Shown: positions 1 through 11,746 of the stretch, piece by piece
Numbering within the stretch: position 1 is the stretch's first letter
How the letters are laid out: every line of letters starts with the position of its first letter
Program-made: the position numbers and the translations under genes
Source: Dipteris shenzhenensis
Lineage: Eukaryota
Length of the DNA: 64,000 bases
Assembly (NCBI GenBank): GCA_047967505.1
Contig: CM106538.1
Reading direction: 5' to 3' (one strand)
Notes under the pieces: generated by a model
Databases searched by the model: none
The model's input: the letters and a program-made list of their open reading frames with translations, nothing else
What the model was told of the DNA's origin: nothing

Positions 1-1290
1 GGCTATTCTAGACAGTTTTGCATTAATTGTACTTGGTGATTTTACAGAGAACTACCTCCTAATTGTTAAAGGGGAGATAGAATAGTTAGTTTGTCTTCTA
101 GGGCCCATTTTGGTTGCATCAAGGATTCTGGAATACTGTTTTCAAATACCAGCATTACTCGAACCTCCAACACAATGGATCTTTCCAAACACAGAGATGC
201 ACAAAGAATTCTGAACCCACAAACTATAAAGAACAGAGAGAGAGATCAACACAGCTTCAAGGAGCTGCAAACATCCAGCAAACTGCTGCACGAAAGGACA
301 GCCACGGAAGACTGCGCAAATCTGAGGTATACACAAGAAAGGTGGCCAGGTTTTGCTCCTGCATGCCTCTTGTGAAGGGCTTCGATGGGATAGAACTCCG
401 GCCACCTATGGCTTCTCTTCTAGGTAGCCAACACCCTTACCAGGCCAACCTGGTCAGTAAACTGAACCGAACAGATCTAGGCTGACCCTGGTCTATAAAA
501 ATCACCTCCTCTACAGGTCTGCTGACCTGCTTGTACCCAACCTGTTCCATCCCAGGCCTGTCACTGCTGCAAAACTGGCTGCAGGTCTTACACTAACCTT
601 GCAATGTTCCAGACCAGCACACAGTTCCACGGAGTGCTCCAGCCTGTATTGCACCCCCCAAAGCAGCCTGTACAGTAGGCGCATGCCCCACGCTCTATCC
701 TGCTACTGCATTGCTCTCGACAAGGTCTTCAGTGGCTTAAGGAGGAGCCCCAAAATGCCTCTGCTGCTGCATTGCTCTCAACAAGGTTTCAGGGGTTTAG
801 GGAGGATCCCCAAAATGCCTTACTTCAGCACTCTATCTACTGCAGGTGTTAAGCATAGATGATATATGAGGGCCCCTCCTTTTATAGGCCCCCTTGGGAG
901 CTGGCTATCAAAAATCGACCAGTCAGTCCTAATGGCCGACTGGCTTGCTGGCCGACTTGGTTGGCTGGTCCTGTTGCCCCCTGCAGGCGCCCTTTTGGCC
1001 TGCCATGTGCCAGCTATGTGCCACCTCCTGTGCGCCTCTGTCAAGGGCCTGTTCCAGCTTATACATTCATGCCATGATGGGCCTCTATCAGCCCACTCGC
1101 TCTGTCTTGACAGCTATCCACATGGCAGCCTGTGTGCTGCCCATGTATAAGCCCCCTCTCCACCATGAGTCCCCTGCCCTCATGACAGCCAAGATACTGT
1201 CCATGTGGCAGGCCATTCCACCTATGGTCCACCCCCCCCGATGCACTCCTCATTTGGGGGCTCACAGATGGGGAGGTGACCATTCCAACA
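1..1290 (-). mobile_element. Probable LTR (gypsy-like) fragment running off the left edge
   Basis: GC-richer noncoding block. It ends abruptly in ...cattccaaca (TGTTGGAATG on the minus strand, a typical LTR start), has a TATA-like cctataaa on the minus strand near 881-888, and contains short internal repeats at 700-830. Confidence 0.45.
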
Positions 1291-1343
1291 CATTAACGGG
1301 GGCTTTTAAGTTTTCTAACACATTTGGAGCAGACTCCTAAAAA

Positions 1344-2080
1344 ATGCAATATTTACTTCAAACTCCTTCTACCTTACTCCTAAAAGACATAGATTCACAT
1401 TTCACTATTTCGAAGAGAGTGCGATATGAGCAATCAAAACATTCATGTGATCCAACTTCTGAGGCATGGTTAGCTATTGAGGGTAGTCGCAGGGATGCTT
1501 CTCACAAAGCACATTCATTTAGGAATGGTGATTGTTCAATTTTGTTAGGTATTCCCCATGAGGCTATAGAGGAGGGTGAGAATCTTGGTGCTGGCTCATT
1601 TGGAGTATGCTTTAAAGTCACTTTTAATGGCATCTCTTTCTTTCCTCGAAGTATTACTTATGCGGCGGAGCGCTACAAAGGGAACATACCTCACACCTTA
1701 AAGTCATTTGACAAAGAGTATGGAATGCAAATATTACATCCAGGGATTGTCAGATGCATAGGATTTACTAGAAGCTTACCTTGGATCAACATTTTTCCAT
1801 ACTTCAATGGAGGGAGTATTGGAGACATGATGATGCAGCTACCCTTTGAGAAAGGGACTTTCAGAAAGCAAGTGTTATGCTTGAAAGGCAATGGAGTCAC
1901 TAGGAGAGAACCAAATCCAATACGAAGTGATGTACAGCTTACGAGATTAAAGGCATTTGTGGAAGCTACCCCAGACATCATACACGCATTGGTTGATGCA
2001 TTAGCAACTATACACCAAGAAGGCATTATACATTGTGATCTACACCCTTTCAATGTCATGCCAGATTTTACCAAGAATCA
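1344..2080 (+). pseudogene. Truncated protein kinase fragment (probably transposon-captured)
   Basis: G-loop GAGSFGVCFK, HPGIVRCIG and catalytic loop IHCDLHPFNVM are present. The sequence breaks off before a normal DFG/APE C-lobe, at a short duplicated sequence (2085-2160). Confidence 0.75.
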
Positions 2081-2195
2081 TAGTCGGCGAAGAACATTGA
2101 TAATCTTCGATTATCTGATGGTGATATTCGGCGAAGAACATTGATGATCTCCGATTATCTAGACAAAAGAGGTAGTAGATTTGGGATAAAATGGG

Positions 2196-2861
2196 ATGGA
2201 TGGCCTCTCAGGAAAAGTTTTAGAAAATCAAGTTTTTGGGCTGCATGATCAAGATTTTGTACATAATGGAAAAAAGTTAGTCAATGTTCTTGACAAGCCT
2301 AAGTGTCAATTGGCTATTGGCAATGTTTGGATCACCTTAAATCATGTCATTATTGTGTATGATGCTTTTTCTATCGACAAGCATATGCTAAGGGAGGGAG
2401 ACATTAGGCGAGATGACTGCCAAAATTGGGCTAGAGCTCAAAGAATATGCAGTAGACAAGTGCAATGGTGCTTGGGAGAATTGGCAAACAATGGAATTCA
2501 TAGAAAAGAGAGGAGCATGCTAGGAACACAAGCTTATCTTGAAATTGCTAGAGACTACATCGACATCTTCTTATCTCCACATTTGAATCTTGTGGATCGA
2601 GTCTATCTTGCAGGCAAAGTCTCTTTTTTCTTTCAAATTTGGAGGTCTTGGATTGTTCATCATGCCAACTATATGTTGAATAGAAACTTCATAACTAAGG
2701 AAGCTTTCTTAGCAAATTTTGTGGACCTTACAGACCTTGACATGATAAATATTGAGAGCGTAATTGCATTGGCAAACCTCACTTATGAGTGTAATAGCAA
2801 TAAGTATACTTTAGATGAGAATGATTGGAATGTATTCAATGACTTTGTAAAGGGGCATTAA
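2196..2861 (+). pseudogene. P-element/THAP9-like transposase fragment
   Basis: Motifs QDFVHNGKKL, DCQNWARAQR, GTQAYL, FFFQIWRSW and NFIT resemble the core of P-superfamily transposases. Deleted at both ends. Confidence 0.55.
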
Positions 2862-3914
2862 ACGCACTTGGTAGGGGCTTCTTTGTAATCTTTCTAATAT
2901 GATAAAAGATTTATTATGATTATTACTATGCGCTGAGTTTAGTCTGATTTGTCTTAATGGATTTTTTAAATTATTTTTTTGCAGGATCTTGAATCACAGA
3001 AGTGGATGATTTGCAACTGCCTGGGTACTTTTGTTTATATGAATGCCATAAATCAAGTTTGAAAATGCTATTTTGGCATCGGGTACAACAAGATGTTGTA
3101 TGAATGTAGCCTCTATGGTTTTAATACCATGGTTTGATATGACTTAGTAAGGGTTTTCATGGAAGAAAAAAAGTGGAAAGGTCTCCTATAAATGTGACAA
3201 AGAAGAATGATATTTCCATCTTTTGCTTCTCTAACAATCAAGACATGGAAAAAGTGGCAAGGCCAATCGTGAATGTGGCCAAAAGCATGGTGTTTTAGTT
3301 TTTTCTTCTCTACTCCTTCTCTAACAATAAAGACATGGAAGAAATTACTAAGTCTCAGATATACATTGTTTAAACAAGTTTCTAATCTTTCACATAAGAA
3401 TGCTCTAGATGTTTGTATTTGGCAAGAAATAAACATTATATATCGTCATTGAATGCTTTGTAAAATTGGCTAATGTATCATCCCTTCTCCTAGCTGAAAC
3501 GCCCATACATATAGTTTTGTAAAAACTTGAAAGATATAAAGCATTTATAAAAGCTCCCAATCTTTCATGTAGTATTTTTATAAAGGTTGTTTCTTGAGCT
3601 CTTTACGTGTTTCAAGTGACTTTGCACAATTCTTTGCTCTTGGTGTACGGCACACATGATTTGTCTTGTTTGATATTTGTTCCTCTTAATTTTTGCACAT
3701 ATGTCTTTATTCTTTGTTTCTCTTGCCTTATGGCATCATCAAGACACAAACCCATCTTAAACTTATGCATTGCCCATTATTGCAGTTGGTACCTTAATTT
3801 TTTGTGTGTAGATTCAAATAATGCAGGTGATGTAGAGATCTTGCATTCTAAATATCTCATCCTACCTAAAGGGACTCCAAAAGTAGTAGTGTATGACTCA
3901 CATAAGGACTTTTA

Positions 3915-4081
3915 AAATTCCTCTAGGAAAATAAATATACTTACAGAAGGGGATTTATAAATTTTCCCAAAATTTACAGAGGGGATACTAGGAAATACTA
4001 GAAATAGGTTACATAGGGATTTAGAAAAGAACCCTTGAACGCACGTGATATAGACATATTACACTAAGTGACCCCCCCGAG
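3915..4081. mobile_element. Right end of a CTCGGGGGG...CCCCCCGAG TIR-family element
   Basis: ccttgaacgcacgtg...agtgacccccccgag matches the right end of the MITE at 27324-27569. Confidence 0.7.
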
Positions 4082-5702
4082 GTTTTTTGACAATTGTGCA
4101 TGACATTAAGGCAAAAACGGTATTTAATGCTCCCCCAACCATGAAAACCATATCCGATGGGCACAATACTTTGCATGCACCTCAAGAGAGGTGGTATTGA
4201 GTTTCATGCAAAGTGGTACACCCATCCAATAAGCACTTGGTCGGAAAACACACCTAAAAGCATGTTTTTTTATGATTGTGCATGATATTGAGGCACAAAC
4301 GGTGTTAAATGCATGATATACCATGCAAAGCATATCTGATGGGCACAATAATTTGAACTCACCTCAACCTAGGTGTTATTGAGTTGCATGCAAAGTGGCG
4401 TGTCCGTCCAATTAGTACTTGATCGGATAACACACCTAGGACTGTGTTTTTTTACGGATGTGCTTAACACTAAGGCAAAAATGGTATTTAATGCTCAATC
4501 AACCATGCAATGCATATTTTATGGCCACAATACTTTACATGCACCTCAACCTAGGTGGTATTGACTTGTTTGCAAAGAGGCACACCCATCCGATAAGTAC
4601 TTGTTCGGATAACATACCTAAGAGCGTGTTTTTTTACGGATGTGCATAACACTAGGGGAAAAACAGGGTATAATGCGTGATCAACCATGGAAAGCATATC
4701 CGATAGGCACAATACTTTGCATGCACCTCAACCTATTTAAACTTGACTTGCATGCAAAGTGTATCGCCCATCCGATAAGTACTTATTTGAATAACACCCC
4801 TAGAACCATGTTTTTTTATGGTTGTGCATCACACTAATGCAGAAACGGCGTTTTATGCTTGATCGACAATGCAAAGCATATTCGATGGGCACAATACTTT
4901 ACACACACCTTTAAATTGGTGGAATTGACTTACATGCAAAGTGGCACTCTCATCCCATAATCACTTGTTCGAATAACACACGTAGGACCGTATTTTTTTA
5001 CGGTTGTGCATGACACTAAGGCGAAAATGGTGTATAATGCATGATTGCCTATGCAAAGCATATCTGATGGGCACAATACTTTGCATATGAGTCAACCTAT
5101 GTGGTGTTGAGTTTCATGCAAAGTGATGCGCCCATACCATAAGTACTTGTTCAAATAACACACCTAGGAGCGCGTTTTTTGACGGTAGTGCATATCATAA
5201 GGATAAAAATGGTGTATAATGTGTGATTGACAATGCAAATCATATCCGATGTGCACAATACTTTGCATGCACCTCAACCTAGGTGGTATTGACTTGTGTG
5301 CAAAGAGGTTCCCCCATCCGATAAGCACTTGTTTGAATAACACACCTAGGACCGTGTTTTTTGACGGTTGTGCATGACACTAAGGCAAAAACGGTATTTA
5401 ATGCTCCCTCGACCATGGCAAGCATATTTGATGGGCAGAATACTTTGCATGTGCCTCAAGAGCGATGGTATTGAGTTGCATGTAAAGTGGTACACCATCC
5501 GATAAGTACTTGGTTGGATAACATACCTAAAAGCATGTTTTTTTATGGTTATGCATGACACTGAGGCACAAATGGTGTTTAGTGCGTGATATACCATGCA
5601 AAGCTTAGCCGATGGGCACAATACTTTGCACGCACTTCAACCTAGGTGTTATTGAGTTGCATGCAAAGTGGGGTGTCCATCTGATGAGTACTTGATCGGA
5701 TA
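4082..5702. repeat. ~181-bp satellite, about 9 copies, with 7-mer higher-order structure
   Basis: Motifs gatgggcacaatactttgca, cctcaacctaggtg and gcaaagtgg recur every ~180 bp. Confidence 0.95.
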
Positions 5703-5808
5703 ACTTCTCCCACCAATAAATTAAGTACTAATTAAAATTATGATAAATGAGTAGATTATTAAAAAGAGACTAATTAATATTTATGTAATTGTTGCTACTG
5801 CAGCCTGC

Positions 5809-8286
5809 TTGCAAAGGACTCTCACAAAGGAGATGGCTATAGATTTTATTCCAGGGATGGATGTGATTTTATGTAGCAAAAGAGAAGTAGTTGCATTTGC
5901 TACAATCCATGATAGTGATCCCAATTCAGTTTGCCAATTTCGAAGACTTGGCAAAGATAAGGTGGCAGTTACTATATCAAAGATTCTTAGTGCACATGTT
6001 GAGCTAAAGTATAAATATGGAGATATGGAAACACTTGGAGATGTTATGCCCTACAATAGGGCATATCATTTATAGCATGGGACAGAGACGAGACTTATGC
6101 AATAGACATTATCAAGAATACAAAGTGCACCACCTTGGATTTTACTATAGGGGACTTTTTACAAATGAGATCATTTGCAAATAAGAATGTAGCAGAAGGT
6201 GAAGTATTGGGATTTGAACAAGTGGAGGAATGGTCATTTGCACAGATGGGAATTCTAAAAGTCACTGATGATGGTATGGTTGATAACATAACATCCTTAT
6301 GTGATCCCTACTAGGAGGTAGGCAAGAATATGAGATGGAGCATGCAATTTTTAAACATGAGAAAGAGGCACATGGTTTTCAATGATAAAGACAAGGTATA
6401 CTACAATATCAAAGGACCTAAAAAGCGTGCCCATGTGCCAAGCTCTATCACTTCAAACGTGGATGATTTCAATGTACTCAATTATAGAAGTGACATCTTA
6501 TCTGGAGTGGATGAGTTCATCGGTTTTGAGAAACAAAAAGATTTTAGAAGTGAAGCCTTATTTGGGGTGGATGAATTCTTGCACAATGAGAAGGGCAAAG
6601 GTTTTAATAGCGATGTCTTGTCAAGTGTGGATGAGTTCATGCATATTAACAAACCTGGTTTCAATCAAGCTTGTGGATTTGTGAAAGCCATGCAAGTTGT
6701 CCCAATGAGCGATGTTCTCTCAGGAGTGGAAGAGTTTCAAGGTTCTCAATACTCTTGTAGAATATTGAATTCATTGAATGGTCCTAAGAGTATGTTAAAA
6801 ACGAGGATGAGATTAATAGAGGATTATTTAGTATTTAACTTGATTGTGATATGGCCAAGGATGCAACAACCAATCATGGATGCTTGGTTACAAACAAATG
6901 TGAGGAGAAGAAGTGCATAAATACAAATAACAATGTGCACGAGGAATGAGAAGAGAAAGCAAATCCAGACAGATCCACAAAAGCAACCAAAGACGAAGAG
7001 AGTAATGAAGGAGGAGAAAATGTTAAATGCATTGGGATATCTATGTTGCAAGCAAAGATGTATGCACTTTATTGATCTTGCAGACATCAAGGAATGTAGA
7101 GGACACGTGTGGCAAAGAAGAGGAAGCGAAAGAAATGAATACCTTCTCACAGGTCTCTCTTGCTTTCTTCAGAATGGCAATAAAAGGCTAAGTTCAAGAC
7201 AAAAGGAAAAACCTCTCGTAAATGGAAAAAGATTTGCAATAAGGCATATCGCAATATTACTGGATTATCCCATGGTACATATTGGGATTTAGTCACCAAG
7301 GCAAAGGGCGGTAAAAAATTTAGCATTCATGGTAATAGAGGAAGGTCCAAATCAAGAATCTCAACTATTAGGGAAGTAGCAATTTTGCAAGACTTCATAC
7401 ATGAAAATGCTTTACCTCAACCCCATATATCTACCAAACTCCCTAACAGTGATGCGATCACTGAAATGCACCTTCCAATGGGCTTGACAAAGCTCAAAGT
7501 ATTTGACTCTATTGCAAAAAAGCAAAGGCAAAGAGGGGGCGCCGTGGCTTCTTCTCATACTTTGTATACTCTTTGGAAGAAAAACTTTGGATATGTTAAA
7601 ATCCCAAAGAGGCAAAAAATGTCAAAGTGCAATGTCTGTGATGATTTAAAGCGAGCGATTGAGAGTGCAAGATATCCAAATCAAAGGGAATTATACAAAA
7701 AAATCTAAAAATCTCATCATGACCTTATTTGACATTCCAGACAAAAATATGCATTTTGGAAGGAGCAAGCTATTTCGGATAACGATGACTACATGTGCCT
7801 TATTGTAGATGGCATGGATCAGAATACAACATTGCCTTGTTTCGTTGCCACTCCACCTAAATTATAAGGAAAGCACTTTCTAAAGACACATTTATGTGGA
7901 GTGTTAGTGCATGGAATTAAGTTTTTTGTAGATATATGGATTGATTCCTTACATCTACATTTGAGCAATCACGTTGTAACATCTATTATGAAGGCAATTC
8001 GCAATGTACATGCAAAAAAAGGTTGCCTACCACCGACTTTGAGAATACAAGCTGAAAATTGTTGGCAAGAAAATAAGAATGTACTCATGTTTGCATTCTG
8101 CTCAATGCTAGTTGCTCATCGAATCTTCAATGAGGTTAAATGTGGATTTTTGTATGTTGGGCATACACATGAGGATATCAATCACGTCTTTAGCACAGTC
8201 TCAAGAGAGCTTAAATGCAAGGATGTGGAGACAATAGATGACTTGGTAAGAAGATGTGGGAGGCAAGTTGGAGGTCATAAGGAAAG
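5809..8286 (+). pseudogene. Decayed DUF7869/Sola-like DDE transposase gene, 5' part
   Basis: Broken frames contain CCKQRC, KCNVC, IVDGMDQNTT, LRIQAENCWQENKN and FLYVGHTHEDI, with many stops and frameshifts. Cut by the insertion at 8287. Confidence 0.75.
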
Positions 8287-8318
8287 CATTAGGGAAAAAG
8301 GGAACTCATTTTGGGGCC
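8287..8318 (+). repeat. Left terminal inverted repeat
   Basis: cattagggaaaaagggaactcattttggggcc. Confidence 0.92.
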
Positions 8319-8687
8319 CTGTAAGAAATTCACTATTTTTTGATTTATTTCTCTCCTAAAAGACCTCAAAAATAGTAAAATACGGAAACGTGGCTCAGAT
8401 TTGTCAGTAAGGACTACAGAACTGTCAATTCAAAAAGGAATAAGATAATCTTTTGTCTGACTAACACGATTTTGTATTAAATATCCTCTTAGATTTTTTT
8501 TTGTTTACCAAAGATTCCGCATCTCTTTGGCCGACGTGTGCAGGTCTTTCATTAAGAGTCCATCACTGAACTTAGTGATTGCAAGTTTTCAAAATATTCA
8601 CATGGATACCGCCACACTTCCACGATTCATGTTACAAAACGACTATGAGATTGAAAAACAAACTTCGCAACCTCAGGAGCACAAAAA

Positions 8688-11423
8688 ATGGCCGATACTA
8701 GTGAGTCACTATCTCAGAAGAAGCGATTACACCATCTTCACATCGACTTGGAAGAACAATATGCTCCAGCACAAAAAAGACGAAAGGATACGGTGCTGAA
8801 TGCTCAACAGCGGGAAAATATGAGAAGAGAAGGGCTTCAACATATTGACTTATGGTGCGACGGAAGCATATATCCAAAATGTCAAGTAAAAAACTCTACA
8901 CCTCCATTTGTCAATCCCACCACATTACTGAGGTTTGCCGGCGATGGACAAAATGGACTTCTTGGTTATATTTCAGCGCAATCTGCATTTGCGGAAACGT
9001 ATAAAATGATGTACCTACAAGAAAAGGGGGCCAAGATGGAGGAGATAGCCATTCGTGCAAAATTGGAGCAGCAGTTGCAGAATGAAATCGAGGAGCATTC
9101 AAAGAGTAAAAAAGAATTGACAAGAGCAAGAAAGAAGAGAACCGTGCTTGGAGACAGACAACGTAGCAGGAAGATTAAAAACATTGCAAATTTGAAGGCT
9201 GGGACTGGTGGATGCAAGCGACGAATTCAGGAAGCAAGGTTAGATTGAAATTCATCATTTTGTATACTCAAAAAGGCTCTCTTCCAGACTATATCTATTT
9301 CGTTGATTGTCGCAAAATAAGAATGGAGGTGCTGAATAATATAGTCATATAATGTTGTTATTACAGGAAATTATTGGAGCCTACAAAAGAAAATATGGAC
9401 CCGAACCTTCTTCCTGTTAAACAAATGAAAGGATTGCTTTCTTGCGGTGTAGCAAAAGGTTTGATTGAGGAAAAAAAATACAAAACAGTCAAACGCAATG
9501 TTGTAGAGGACTTTGTATCCAATAATCAAGTTGATGGCACTATAATCCAAGAGGCTCTTGATGTTAGTGGAGTTAGCAGGAAGGGATATAGTTCGATTTT
9601 CCATGCGATATCCTCAACTTTGAAAGATCAAAGGATTAAACGAGTTTTACTGCCAAATCCAGCAACCGTGTGGAGGATAAGAGGTCATTTGAATGAAAGT
9701 ATAGATGAATTTATTGGGCAGTATATCCATATTGAAGAAATATTTCATGGTGTTAAAGGAACCACTGTGTATGATCCTTGGAACAATATATTTTTAGATC
9801 TGCAACAACTTCAAAAAAGAATGGTCGAGTTTTATGGAATAACATTTGAGGAGTGCAAAGGCATTTTGAAATTTGTTATCAAACTGGATGAGTGTGAGGT
9901 TGTAAAGGAAAAGAAAATGGAAAGAGTTACTATTACATTGATGAATGGAGCGATTGATACATCATTGACTGAAGCGAGTTCGAAGTATTTTAGTGTGCAG
10001 TCAGAGAAACACATATGGTGGTTAGGCTCGTTCCAGGTATGATCATGGGCTGTTTTATACTTGATTTTGATCATTGTTATCAAATCTGATATAGTAATAC
10101 TTTTGTTTTCTATAATCTCGCAGGTGAAGACCGAAGACCATGAAACACTAGATTGGGTGTTTCATCACACGGAAATACCAACAATAATCAAAAGACAAGT
10201 GCAAGGCGAGAATCTCCATGTTGCAGGAAAAGGTGATTTTCAAGTCGAGTGGCACATGGCCGGGGATCTTAAAACACTTAAGTGCATGTATAACATTAGT
10301 AAAGGAGGCAACTCAAAGTCTCCTTGTCTTTACTGCAAAGAATCAGCTCAAGTAATGGATTCAAAATGGTGGAAGAGAGCACCTAATAGAGATAAAGTTG
10401 ACCCTGACTTCAAGGCCATTCTGGACATTCCACTATGTAATGTTCACATCTGCACATTGCATGGTCTATGTCGAATTATTGAGAAATTGGTATTTTTATA
10501 TATTGGATTTGCTTGGAAACTCCGTCCCGAAAAAAATAGAAAGGATGCTCTTCAAGCATTGGAAAAAGTGTTATCCGATATAGGTCTGCATGGAGGAGAT
10601 GTTCAAATCACAAAGGATTTTAAAAAGTCTACCAATGGCAAGGAGGTACCAATCAAGCCCTCTATTGGTGGTGTTAAGGCAAGAAGATTCTTGTCTCGAC
10701 CCAAACACATTAAGCAAGTAAGGCAAGGTAGAGCAGTTTCAAAGATTAATTATGGATTGTGGAAGCAAGTCCATAATGCTGTGAAAGATCATGAGGCTGA
10801 TGGGGAAGCACGAAATAGGAAGGCAGAGGTGTGGAGGTCTCTTGATCAACTCTTCATGTTCTGTGACAAAGTAACATGGACAAAGAGTGATTACAAGAAC
10901 TTTGAGGAGGCAATTAAACATTTTGGGAAGTCAATGAAAGACGCGTGGACAGCCTGCAATATAACTCACTACATGGTAAGGTTCTGTCTTTTTCTTTTAC
11001 TTAAGTGTGATCCTCTTTTTTTTATTACTTACTATGCATTCTTATGTCTTACAGCATATCATATACAACCACCTTCCCTATTTTGTCAAAAAGTATGGAT
11101 GCCCAGCTATTTGGTCTACCCAAGGCATGGAGAAGTCTCACTACATGGCACGTAATGCATTTTTTAGACACACACAACACTATGGAGGGAGTCAGAAGGC
11201 GAATAGTCTGAAGGAAGTCTTCCAATGGTTTTACCGAGGCATACTACAAAGGCTGCATGCTAAAAGAAAAGTTGCTAGCTCCAAAATCAAGCTTGCTTTT
11301 CTTCTAGCCCAAAAGCAAAGACGAAGACAAGCTCTAGACAATTCAATTGCAGCAGAGAGACATAGACAGTGGAGGGAATCGAAGATATTTAGAAACCATA
11401 AATGGACAAGTAAACATGAATAG
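8688..11423 (+). CDS. RAG1/Transib-like DDE transposase, 4 exons (8688-9238, 9367-10036, 10124-10975, 11055-11423), 813 aa
   Basis: All introns are GT-AG and join in frame (2442 nt). Motifs: VIKLD (D 9887), AGDLK (D 10265), CLYC, CTLH, THYMHIIYNH, WSTQGMEKSH (E 11130). Confidence 0.85.
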
Positions 11424-11746
11424 GACTCATTTGTAACATATTGGGGTTATGTCCACATGTTTTCAAACTCATTCAATATAAATTTTTTTAGTGGAACAAG
11501 TGACTCTTGGTGTTATGCATGAAAAAAATTTCAATGTGAAACATATGATCTGAACTTAATACAATTTGTTTACAATTTCAATATATTGTTCATTTAATAT
11601 TTAACGACACCACTCTATGTAAATATACAAATCATTTCATCATCAACTTATTAATCATTTATACAAGATCATACCAGATATCAAAGACTTTATACAAATC
11701 AGTTCAAATTTAATATAATGTTTGTGCTATATTCGATGACTAAATC

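Noticed and set aside
4124-5621. Short ORFs in the satellite
   Set aside because: They are translations of the tandem repeat.
8287-8318. RSS heptamer/nonamer or 12/23 asymmetry in the TIRs
   Set aside because: The termini start CATTAGG, not CACAGTG, and the two TIRs are symmetric.
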